Source: SAR202 cluster bacterium Io17-Chloro-G2
GTDB taxonomy: Bacteria > Chloroflexota > Dehalococcoidia > Lucifugimonadales > UBA3495
Length of the DNA stretch: 64,000 nt
Assembly: GCA_002816875.1 (NCBI GenBank)
Contig: MUCP01000012.1
Location: forward strand, 9,864-73,863
Direction: 5' to 3'
Each line of letters starts with the position of its first letter. Position 1 is the stretch's first letter. Shown in pieces: positions 43,985 through 52,528 of the stretch. A program made the position numbers and the translations under genes. The notes below the pieces were generated by a model. The model was not told the origin of the DNA, did not search any database, and saw only the letters and a program-made list of their open reading frames with translations.

Positions 43985-45309
43985 TGAAGGTTGGAATCAT
44001 CGGCGGCGGCGCGGCGGGGCTGGCGGCTGCCTACGAGCTGACCAAGAGGGGCCACCACGCAGAGGTGTTCGAGCGGGCCCCATTTTTGGCGGGCCAGGCT
44101 TCCACATTTCCGGTGGGCGGAGGCCAACTGGAAAAAGGGTATCACCACCTGTTCGTCAGCGACACCGACATGGTGGACCTGATCCACGAGCTGGGTCTGG
44201 GAGACAAGCTTGAATGGTTGGAATCCAAGGTGGGCGTCTACTACGGAGGCAGGATCTGGGATTTCGCCACACCGATGGACCTGTTGCGGTTCACACCCTT
44301 GTCTCTAGCCCAGAGGCTGCGGGTGGGTTTTTGGACCTTTGTCCTTCAAAAGACCTCCAACTGGCGTAAGTTCGAAAACATCACCGCCAGGGACTGGATC
44401 GTGAACCACATGGGGGAGCGGGTATACCAGGTGATCTGGGAGCCCTTGCTCCGGGGCAAGTTCGGCGAATACTTCGACCAGGTAAGCATGACATGGCTAT
44501 GGGGCAAAATCTATCTTCGGGTTGCCTCCCGGGGGAAAGGCTTGCAGAAAGAGCGCCTGGGATACCCCATGGGAAGCTTCGGCGAGGTTTTCGACGTTTT
44601 GGGCCAGCGCGTGGTCCAACAAGGCGGACAGGTTCACCTTTCGGCGTCGGTCAACCGGATCTCGGTTGAAGGCGGGGTGGCCAAGGGGCTGGAAATCCAG
44701 TTGGAGGGCCAAGACCCTGAAGTAAAGACATACGACGCGGTCATCGCCACCACGCCCTCATACGTCTTTACCAGACTGGTTCCTGAGCTGCCCCAGGACT
44801 ACCGTGAACTTCTTGAGAGCACCAGATACCTGTCGGCGGTGTTGATGATCCTGGAGTTGGACCGGCCCCTCTCGTCCAAATACTGGCTGAACGTAGCCGA
44901 CCGAGACCTTCCCTTCGTGGCAGTCATCGAGCACACCAACATGATCGACCGATCCCTGTACGGCGGCAGGCACATCGTGTATTTCAGCAACTACCCCAGC
45001 CGGGACAGCGAGATGTACCAGAAAACCGGTGACGAACTCTTGGAGGATTTCATCCCCCACCTGCAGAAGATCAATCCCGAGTTCGAACGTTCCTGGATCT
45101 TGGATTACCACCATCACAAGGTGGATGGAGCACAACCCATAATCGGAGTGAACTACAGCCAGCGCATACCCGACCACCGGACGCCCATCAAGGACCTCTA
45201 CCTGGCCAACACCACCCAGATATACCCCGAAGACCGGGGCACTAACTATTCGGTGCGCATGGGCCGAAGGGTGGCCCAGATGGTGTTGGATGACCAAAAA
45301 GGGGCTTGA
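43984..45309 (+). CDS. NAD(P)/FAD-dependent oxidoreductase (amine oxidase/phytoene desaturase-like)
   Basis: 441 aa. Contains the dinucleotide fold MKVGIIGGGAAGLAAAYELTKRGHHAEVFE. Its GTG start overlaps the upstream TAG by 1 nt. Confidence 0.75.
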   Translation: MKVGIIGGGAAGLAAAYELTKRGHHAEVFERAPFLAGQASTFPVGGGQLEKGYHHLFVSDTDMVDLIHELGLGDKLEWLESKVGVYYGGRIWDFATPMDLLRFTPLSLAQRLRVGFWTFVLQKTSNWRKFENITARDWIVNHMGERVYQVIWEPLLRGKFGEYFDQVSMTWLWGKIYLRVASRGKGLQKERLGYPMGSFGEVFDVLGQRVVQQGGQVHLSASVNRISVEGGVAKGLEIQLEGQDPEVKTYDAVIATTPSYVFTRLVPELPQDYRELLESTRYLSAVLMILELDRPLSSKYWLNVADRDLPFVAVIEHTNMIDRSLYGGRHIVYFSNYPSRDSEMYQKTGDELLEDFIPHLQKINPEFERSWILDYHHHKVDGAQPIIGVNYSQRIPDHRTPIKDLYLANTTQIYPEDRGTNYSVRMGRRVAQMVLDDQKGA

Positions 45310-45468
45310 CGCCCTAAAGCTCTCATCAGAGCCTTTGCATTTTCATCGGTACCAGATAGAATCTATGGTGTCATTTGTACCGGGACCAACCGGCTAACGT
45401 TCCCAGGTCATGTTTATCGGCAATCAACGGCCCACGCCTGGGCCGTAGCTCATCCAAAGGAGCCCACC

Positions 45469-45663
45469 GTGGCAAACGAGAGTTCCCCTTCCCAAACCAA
45501 AGGCCAATCCCGCCGCAACTTCCTGGCCAAGTTGGGCCTGGGCACCGCAGCCCTAGCCCTCGTTTCCGTCCCGTTCTTCTCCTGGGGGCGAAACAAGACC
45601 GGCCAGGCCACGGCATCAAAGGACGGTATGCCGGAAGAGGACTCCATCTTCCACCCCCGCTAG
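45469..45663 (+). CDS. 64-aa protein consisting mostly of a twin-arginine (Tat) signal peptide
   Basis: GTG start preceded by AAGGAG with a 6-nt spacer. Contains SRRNFLAKLGLGTAALALV, which fits the S/T-R-R-x-F-L-K Tat consensus. Confidence 0.55.
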   Translation: MANESSPSQTKGQSRRNFLAKLGLGTAALALVSVPFFSWGRNKTGQATASKDGMPEEDSIFHPR

Positions 45664-45731
45664 CGAATACCCGCTGCCGATTGGTCTCGGTCCCCGGCCT
45701 GCAGCAGCCCCTAGATTTGCGAGACCCACTC

Positions 45732-45840
45732 CCGCTCATGGTGAGCTTGTCGAACCACGGCGATGAAGTTTGCAGTTACTTCGATCATTGGCGCTTGCCT
45801 CTATTAAGAACTGGTCCTTCGACAAGCTCAGGATGAGCGG
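45732..45840. repeat. Inverted pair of the dispersed-repeat core (locus E) in a convergent intergenic zone
   Basis: The left arm is ccgctcatggtgagcttgtcgaaccac. The right arm is the reverse complement of ccgctcatcctgagcttgtcgaaggaccag. The arms are about 52 nt apart. Confidence 0.85.
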
Positions 45841-45936
45841 TTTTGGTCATCCGCAATAGGTTATGGCATGCGGGGCGTTGATTTATCGGATTAGCTTGCC
45901 CATCGTAAACGCATGAGCAATCGCCCCAACCGAACT

Positions 45937-45966
45937 CCGCTCATGGTGAGCCCGTCGAAACGCACA
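45937..45966 (+). repeat. Solo degenerate copy of the repeat core (locus F)
   Basis: ccgctcatggtgagcccgtcgaaacgcac. Confidence 0.6.
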
Positions 45967-46085
45967 CGGCGGACTTGAATCTAACCCTGGGTAAACCGAC
46001 CCTCTCCCCAGCACTGGGCGGGCCCATCAAACCATCGACGTTGGGCTTTCTGGAATGGGATTCTAAATCAACAGCCCGTTGTAAC

Positions 46086-47861
46086 CTACCGCCGGCCGAA
46101 CTCCCGCTCCATGTGGTAGGAGCTGAAATGGATCATGGTCGGGCGGCCGTGGGGGCAGGTGTGGGGATTGTCGGCCGCCTCCAATTGCTCCAACAGAGAG
46201 GTCATCTCGCCTTCGGTCAGGCCCTTGCCGGCCCGGATGGCGCCGTGGCAGGCGATGGACGCCGCTAGGACGTCTTCTTGCTGCCGCAGCATCCCTTCAA
46301 AGGCCACCATGTCCAGCACATCCACCAGGGATTTTCCAGGGTCTCCTTGGCCTTGTGAGGCGAGGACGCCGGGCACCGCCCGCAGCAGGTAGCTGTTGTC
46401 CCCGAAATGCTCCACCCCGAAGCCGTAATCTTTTAAAAATCCGCCATGTTCCCGAAGGACATCCACCTGAGCCGGCGACAATTCCACCGCTACCGGCTCC
46501 AACAGGGGCTGGGACAGGGGCTCCTTCTCTTGGGACCCTTGCCTCAACCGGTCGAACAATACTCTCTCGTGGGCGGCGTGCTGGTCCACCAGGAACATCC
46601 CTTCCGGGCCTTCCGCTACGATATAGGTCAATTTTAGTTGGCCCACGACTTTGAGGGCCGGACCAGCGGGCCTGGGCATGGCTGGATCTAACGTTTCCAG
46701 TTGGGATGGATAGGGTACATCGTGGCCGCCACTGCCTTGTTCCCCGCCGGCTTGGCCTCCACCTCGGCCTCCGCCTTGGCCGCCGAAAGAGATACGCGGA
46801 AAGAACGAAGGCGCCGCGGCAGCCGCATGGCCTGGCGCCGGCTGCGGCGGCCGCATCTGGGGCACGGGAGAATCAGCCACCAGAACCGCCCGCACCGCCC
46901 GTTGCAGCGTGGAGAAAGCCTTGCCTTCCTGGTGGAAGCGGACTTCACGTTTGGAGGGATGGGAGTTGACGTCCACCTGGCTGTAGGGGATGTCCAGGTT
47001 TAACGCCGCCAGGGGATAACGCCTTTCCGGCAGCAGGCCGTGGTACGCCTCTTCCAGGGCGAAAGAAAGCATTCGGCTTTGGATCCAACGCCGGTTGACG
47101 AAAAATGTCATATGGGTGCGGTTGGCCCGGTTCAGGCCGGGAGGGCTGATGAACCCGTCCACCCCATAGCCCGACTCGGCAGCCTCTCCGTGGACCTCCA
47201 GCATATGTTCCGCCACGCCCGCGCCGTATACCGCCGCCAGGGCGTCTTTGGGACTGCCGCTGCCCGGGGTGAGCAACTGCTGCTTGCCATCGACGGTCAG
47301 TTGAAACCGTGTCTGGGGATAAGCCAGAGCATAGCGGCTAACCAGTTCCTGAACTCGGGAGGCTTCGGTGGAAGTCGTGCGCAAGAATTTACGGCGGGCG
47401 GGAAGGTTGCCGAAGAGGTCCGACACCGTTACCGAGGTGCCTTCCGCTGCTCCCTGGGCGCCGGAATGGGTGAAGTCGCCCCATTTTAGACGCACCGTGT
47501 GCCCAGCGCCGGATTCGGCCGGACGGGTGGTGAGGGTTAGTTCTGAGACCGCGGCAATGCTGGGCAGGGCTTCACCCCGGAACCCCAGGGTGCTCATGGC
47601 CTCCAATTGCTCCTGGCTCTCCAACTTGCTGGTGGCGTGACGCTGGAAGGCCAGCTCCACCTGGTCCCCGGGAATGCCGTGGCCGTCGTCGGTGATGCGT
47701 ATCTGCTGAATGCCGCCACCTTGGATCTCGACGGTGATGTGAGAAGAGCCGGCGTCCAACGAATTCTCCACCAACTCTTTAACCACCGACGCCGGGCGTT
47801 CCACCACTTCGCCAGCGGCGATCTTGCTGGCCAGGTCCGGCGGAAGCAACTTTATGGGCAT
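46086..47861 (-). CDS. mutL: DNA mismatch repair protein MutL
   Basis: 591 aa. Contains IAAGEVVERPASVVKELVENSLDAG and GFRGEAL motifs, and a C-terminal CPHGRP motif. Confidence 0.95.
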   Translation of the reverse strand: MPIKLLPPDLASKIAAGEVVERPASVVKELVENSLDAGSSHITVEIQGGGIQQIRITDDGHGIPGDQVELAFQRHATSKLESQEQLEAMSTLGFRGEALPSIAAVSELTLTTRPAESGAGHTVRLKWGDFTHSGAQGAAEGTSVTVSDLFGNLPARRKFLRTTSTEASRVQELVSRYALAYPQTRFQLTVDGKQQLLTPGSGSPKDALAAVYGAGVAEHMLEVHGEAAESGYGVDGFISPPGLNRANRTHMTFFVNRRWIQSRMLSFALEEAYHGLLPERRYPLAALNLDIPYSQVDVNSHPSKREVRFHQEGKAFSTLQRAVRAVLVADSPVPQMRPPQPAPGHAAAAAPSFFPRISFGGQGGGRGGGQAGGEQGSGGHDVPYPSQLETLDPAMPRPAGPALKVVGQLKLTYIVAEGPEGMFLVDQHAAHERVLFDRLRQGSQEKEPLSQPLLEPVAVELSPAQVDVLREHGGFLKDYGFGVEHFGDNSYLLRAVPGVLASQGQGDPGKSLVDVLDMVAFEGMLRQQEDVLAASIACHGAIRAGKGLTEGEMTSLLEQLEAADNPHTCPHGRPTMIHFSSYHMEREFGRR

Positions 47862-47870
47862 GGCTTTGCC

Positions 47871-48308
47871 TTAAAAAAGAGGTACTGTGGAACCCTTGGC
47901 CCGGTACTGCTTGTCTTCAGAGGTACCGGTGGTGATGAAGTCTCGCACTATGCGGTAGATGCGGTCCATCTGCTGGTCGAAGCTGCGCTTGAAGAAGTAA
48001 GGCGGCACCCAGACACCCCCGAAAGCGGCAACCACTTCGGGGTAGTCGTCGATGACGAATTCTGGCTCAAAGGGCACACCCAACTCCTCCAAACGCTCAT
48101 GGAAATGGTGGGTTGGTTTCTCGTAGACTCCGTTGATCAGGGGCTTCAGGTTGTGTTTTTCCACAACTTCCCAGCGTTCCCCCATGCCGGACCATATATA
48201 TATCTCGTTGCCGTCATCTTTAAGCTGTGTCAGGGTTTCGATGGTGCCCGGCCGCAGGCTGTCATCCAGGCCGAGGATGGTGTAGTCGACATCGAAAAAT
48301 ATCTTCAT
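47871..48308 (-). CDS. HAD-superfamily-like small hydrolase
   Basis: 145 aa. Contains the N-terminal FFDVDYT (DxDxT) motif. Confidence 0.55.
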   Translation of the reverse strand: MKIFFDVDYTILGLDDSLRPGTIETLTQLKDDGNEIYIWSGMGERWEVVEKHNLKPLINGVYEKPTHHFHERLEELGVPFEPEFVIDDYPEVVAAFGGVWVPPYFFKRSFDQQMDRIYRIVRDFITTGTSEDKQYRAKGSTVPLF

Positions 48309-48499
48309 TTACGATATGAAGTCCTTTTTAGCAAGCTGGAATATTGCCCCTGCCCTCGGGCCGGCAACATAACGCCACACATTATATCGTAACGAAGGCG
48401 ACGATAACACGCTAACCCGCAAGCAAAATAGGTCCCTCTTCACCCCCTGGCCGTCACGGGTTCGCATCTTTGTGGACCGATCCCCGGATCTAGCTAGTC

Positions 48500-48853
48500 C
48501 TAACCCGCCAGGGCGGCCTCCATGACCTTCATACTGGCTCCCACCACCAGCTTGCCGCCGATGCGAACCAGGGGCCTGCGAATCAATCTGGGCTCTTGGA
48601 GCATGAGGTCCATCATCTGGCTTTCCGGGAGGTCTTGTCCGTCGAGGCCCAACTTTTTCAGGCTTGGGCTGCGCCGGGCGAACAGATTGCCCAGGCCCTC
48701 TTCTTTAGCCAGGGCCTGCAGCTCATCCCGGCTAAACGGCTCTTTGAAGAAGTCCCGCTCTTCGACTTCCATACCTCTTTGTAAGAGCAACTCTCTTACC
48801 TTGCGGCAGGACGATCAACTACGCCACCAGTAGAGTGTAACCTTGTCGCTCAT
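48500..48853 (-). CDS. Spx/ArsC/YffB-family protein with in-frame TGA (48817-48815) at the first position of the CxxC motif; candidate selenoprotein
   Basis: ATG 48853 is preceded by GAGG. Translation: MSDKVTLYWWRS-TGA-SSCRKVRELLLQRGMEVEERDFF..., continuous with track ORF 48500-48790. Spx reads MVTLYTSPSCTSCRKA, so the TGA aligns with the first Cys. Total length 117 codons, typical for the family. Confidence 0.7.
48781..48799 (-). promoter_or_regulatory. SECIS-like hairpin
   Basis: GUAAGAG-AGUUG-CUCUUAC: a perfect 7-bp stem starting 15 nt after the TGA. Confidence 0.5.
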
Positions 48854-49028
48854 ATCAACCTCTCGATAGTAGTTGCCTTCATTGTATGACCCGGGTTCGG
48901 CACGAACCTGATTCGGGTGACCTCTGGGCAAGTGAGGCCCAACGGTTCTGATCCACATGCCGTTCTGCGTCAACCTGCCGCACTTCCACGGCGGAGTTAG
49001 TGGTTGGCCACCGGCTGTTGTTAACAAC

Positions 49029-49112
49029 CAATCCTTCGACAAGCTCAGGGCGAACGGATTCAGGCATTTTTACTGGTCGTGGTGACCCCGATGCAATCGG
49101 GGCGAACCATCG
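49029..49112 (-). repeat. Dispersed intergenic repeat (locus G), immediately downstream of mutS
   Basis: The minus strand reads ggttcgccccgattgcatcggggtcaccacgacc...ccgttcgccctgagcttgtcgaaggattgg. Confidence 0.8.
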
Positions 49113-49125
49113 TTCGAACCGGTTT

Positions 49126-51807
49126 CTATTGGTCAAGGGCGATTCGCGATTCGCAGCCTTCGGATTCACGTAATTGTTCCTGTAGTTGGTAGAGTTTATT
49201 GATCGCTTCCAAAGGGGTAAGGTTTGGTATATCCAACCGGCGCAACTGGTCGGCCATCGTATCCGCTGGATTAAACAGTTGCATCTGCTGGGCCGGCGCC
49301 ACGGTTTTCTTTCCTTTGCCGGGGCTTGTGATCTGGTGGCCGTCACGCTCCAGGTCTTCCAGCACCTCCCAGGCCCGGTTCACAACCCCCCTGGGCAACC
49401 CGGCAAGCTGGGCCACGTGGACGCCGTAGCTCTTGTCGGCCCCTCCGGGCACTATTCGGTGTAGGAACACCACGTCGCCGTCCTCCTCGGCCACCGCCAC
49501 GCTAAAGTTGCGCACACCCGGCAGGATGCCGGCCAGGCCGGTGAGTTCATGGTAGTGGGTGGCGAACAGGGTCTTGCAACCCAACCGGGGGTCGTTGTGA
49601 AGGTGCTCGATCACAGACCGGGCGATGGACAACCCGTCATAGGTGCTGGTGCCCCGGCCGACCTCGTCGAGGATCACCAGGGACCTGGAGGTCGCCTGGT
49701 TCAAGATGGCGGCCGTCTCCACCATCTCCACCATGAAGGTGGACTGGCCGGTGGCCAGATCGTCTTGCAGGCCGACCCTGGTGAAGATGCGGTCCGTTAA
49801 TCCGATGGTGGCCTGGGACGCCGGGACGAAGCTGCCGATCTGTGCCATGAGGGTGATGATGGCCACCTGGCGGATGAATGTGGACTTTCCGGCCATGTTG
49901 GGCCCGGTGAGCACGACAACAGGGCATTCGCCCGTCACCAGGCTGACGTCGTTAGGAACGTAGGCCCCGGGGTCCAGCACTAGCTCGACAACGGGATGGC
50001 GGCCGGCCTGAATGGCTATGGTGTTGCCCAAATTCAACTCGGGCCGGACATATCCGTGATTCACTGCCACCTCGGCCAGATTGGCAAAAACGTCGGCCTG
50101 AGCCACCGCCTGGGCCAGGGCAGTTATGGCCCCGCCCGACTCCCCCACCTGGGCGCACACCCGGCGGTAGATGGCCCGCTCGGTCTCCTCGATACGTTCC
50201 CTGGCGTTTAGCACCAGGGACTCGTACTCCTTCAGTTCGGGAACTATGTACCGCTCTGCGTGGGTCAGGGTCTGGCGCCGAATGTAGTCGTCGGGCGTCT
50301 GCCCGGAATTCACCTTACTCACCTCGATGTAATAGCCAAACACCTGGTTGTATCCTACTTTCAGGCCCCTGATCCCAGTCCTATCCCGCTCCCGCTGTTC
50401 CAAACCCGCGATGAACCGGCGGGCGTCGCTGGCCCCGGATTTCAGTTGGTCCAACTCCGGCGCGAACCCTTCCTGGATGACGTTGCCATCGCCCACCGCG
50501 CCCGATGGCTCGGCGACGATGGCGGTTCGAATAAGGGCAGACACGTCCGGCAGCGGCGTGAGTTGCCGCCGAAGCCATTCCACCGCACCGGCGGACCGGT
50601 CTGCCTGGTCTTGGGGGCCTGGCCCGTTAGCAACCTCGGGTGCGGCGGCGCTGGGGTCTTTGGCCAACAGCCGGGACAGTTCGTCCACGGCCTCTAGCCC
50701 ATGGGCCATGGCCACCAAATCCCTGGGAAGCACGGAGCCCGCTTGCACCCGGCTCCGAATCCGTTCCAGGTCGGGGATCTTACGCAGCAAAGCAGACGTA
50801 TTGGCCCTGAGAATGGCATCCTGAAAGAAATATTCCACCGCGTCCAACCGTTGAGCCAAGGGTTCGACTTCCAACAGCGGCTGGCCCAGCCACCGGCGCA
50901 GCAGTCGGCCGCCCATGGGCGTGCGGGTCTGGTCCAGGGTGGAAAGCAACGACAATTGCCCCGTGCCCCAGCGTCCCGCTTGAAACAACTCTAGATTCCG
51001 GCGGGTCTGCACGTCCAGGGTCATGAACGATTGGGTGGAGTACACCGCCAGATTAGCCAGCGGCAGTTCAGACTGTTTTTGGGTCAGTCCCAAATAGTGG
51101 AGGATGGCCCCGGCGGCGCGGACCGCCAAGGGCAAATCCTGGCAGCCAAGGGACTCCAGAGACAGGATCCCGTACAGGCACAGAAGGTCGCGGGTGCAGC
51201 TTTCTAGGTCAAAAGCCGATGGTTCCACCTGGGTCAACATACATCCAGATATGCCATCCCCGTTGGAGGCCCACAAAGGCGGCTCCTCGGCCGCCGGGGT
51301 CAGCGCCTCGGCGGCGCCGATCCGTTCCAGTTCCAGGGCCAGGCGGCGAGGGTCCAATTGGGTGGCGGCAAACTCCCCGGTGGAGATATCTGCGTAGGCC
51401 AACCCGGCTGATCCGCCTTCCTCCACCACCGCGGCCAGGTAATTGTTAGAGTTCTGCGCCAGAAGGGCCGGCTCGGTGACCGTGCCCGGCGTGACCACCC
51501 GGACCACGCCCCGGTCAACTAGGCCTTTGGAGGCCGAGGGCTCGGTGAGTTGCTCGCAGATGGCCACTTTGTGTCCCCGTTTGATCAAACGGGCCAGGTA
51601 GTTCTCCAGCGAGTGGGCGGGCACCCCGGCCATGGGAACGCGGAGGTCCTTGCCCATGCTGCGAGAGGTGAGGGTAATCTCCAGTTCCTGGGCGGCGATG
51701 CGGGCGTCGTCGTCGAAGGTCTCGTAAAAATCCCCCAACCGGAACAGGACGATGGCGTCGGGATAAGAGTGTTTGACCTTGAGATATTGGCGGCGGATCG
51801 GCGTCAC
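49126..51807 (-). CDS. mutS: DNA mismatch repair protein MutS
   Basis: 893 aa. N-terminal MTPIRRQYLKVKHSYPDAIVLFRLGDFYETF, a Walker A motif TGPNMAGKST, and DEVGRGTSTYDG. Confidence 0.96.
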   Translation of the reverse strand: MTPIRRQYLKVKHSYPDAIVLFRLGDFYETFDDDARIAAQELEITLTSRSMGKDLRVPMAGVPAHSLENYLARLIKRGHKVAICEQLTEPSASKGLVDRGVVRVVTPGTVTEPALLAQNSNNYLAAVVEEGGSAGLAYADISTGEFAATQLDPRRLALELERIGAAEALTPAAEEPPLWASNGDGISGCMLTQVEPSAFDLESCTRDLLCLYGILSLESLGCQDLPLAVRAAGAILHYLGLTQKQSELPLANLAVYSTQSFMTLDVQTRRNLELFQAGRWGTGQLSLLSTLDQTRTPMGGRLLRRWLGQPLLEVEPLAQRLDAVEYFFQDAILRANTSALLRKIPDLERIRSRVQAGSVLPRDLVAMAHGLEAVDELSRLLAKDPSAAAPEVANGPGPQDQADRSAGAVEWLRRQLTPLPDVSALIRTAIVAEPSGAVGDGNVIQEGFAPELDQLKSGASDARRFIAGLEQRERDRTGIRGLKVGYNQVFGYYIEVSKVNSGQTPDDYIRRQTLTHAERYIVPELKEYESLVLNARERIEETERAIYRRVCAQVGESGGAITALAQAVAQADVFANLAEVAVNHGYVRPELNLGNTIAIQAGRHPVVELVLDPGAYVPNDVSLVTGECPVVVLTGPNMAGKSTFIRQVAIITLMAQIGSFVPASQATIGLTDRIFTRVGLQDDLATGQSTFMVEMVETAAILNQATSRSLVILDEVGRGTSTYDGLSIARSVIEHLHNDPRLGCKTLFATHYHELTGLAGILPGVRNFSVAVAEEDGDVVFLHRIVPGGADKSYGVHVAQLAGLPRGVVNRAWEVLEDLERDGHQITSPGKGKKTVAPAQQMQLFNPADTMADQLRRLDIPNLTPLEAINKLYQLQEQLRESEGCESRIALDQ

Positions 51808-52192
51808 AAACCACCCACGATCTGACCGGCTAGCTAGAAAATTACGTTAGACGATTACGCCAGCAATTCTATCCCACGGGAGACCCTGGGGGAAGCGTCG
51901 CCATGACAGCGCAGTCTTACAATGGGTAACCAGTCTTGGTTTTCCGTTGGCCTTGGGGACTTCGGCTCGGTTCAGAACCGGCTTATCTAGGGGCCAGATA
52001 GGGCGCCATCAGGCAAATGCAGCCGCCAAACCTCGATCCATAAGCCGGCCAGCCTGTAATGGAGGGCCCGCCGCGGGGAATGGGTGGAAAGCTTGATTTC
52101 CCAGGGATAAATCAAATCCGCCGTTGGTGGTTCGACATGCTCTGACGATGGACCGCCGTCAGAGGTTGCGGTATCCGCTGTGCCGAGGCAGT

Positions 52193-52351
52193 GGTTCGCC
52201 CCAATTGCATCGGGGTCACCATGAGCAGTGTGAGGCCGGGCCGGCTGGTTTCGGGTCGCCGGCCGCGAGGCTCGCCTCCTTGGCCGGCGGCTGTTAGCCA
52301 TCACTGAGCACCAAAACCACTCATCTTGAACTTGTCGAAGGACTGTCCATC
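52193..52351 (+). repeat. Dispersed intergenic repeat (locus H)
   Basis: ggttcgccccaattgcatcggggtcaccatgagc ... ggccgcgagg ... ctcatcttgaacttgtcgaaggactgtccatc. Confidence 0.75.
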
Positions 52352-52528
52352 AATGACAGCATCCGCCTAAGGTTGAAGTATGCTCAGGCCCGAGAGTCAT
52401 GGGTCGACTAGCTTATCCTGATCAGCCTGCGGTGGCCGGAGCTCGCCATGACCGATGGTTGATGGGCGCCCACCCATATTCACAAGGTTTTATCGCAAGG
52501 TTTCCGTGGCCGCCGGATATGACCCGGT

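Noticed and set aside
45375-45836. A 153-aa ORF, together with ORFs 48879-49346, 51987-52304, 31550-31741 and 63575-63763.
   Set aside because: Each is a read-through of dispersed repeat or MITE sequence (peptide strings such as FAPIASGSPR, VRPELVEGL, MVSLSNHG). None has start-site support or coherent protein features.
51808-52528. A structured housekeeping ncRNA (tRNA-Sec, tmRNA, RNase P RNA, SRP RNA) in the 720-nt gene-free gap.
   Set aside because: I could find no T-loop/acceptor arrangement, no UCA anticodon loop, and no RNase P or SRP signature strings. The gap is largely explained by a repeat locus plus one 8-bp hairpin (ctctgacg...cgtcagag).
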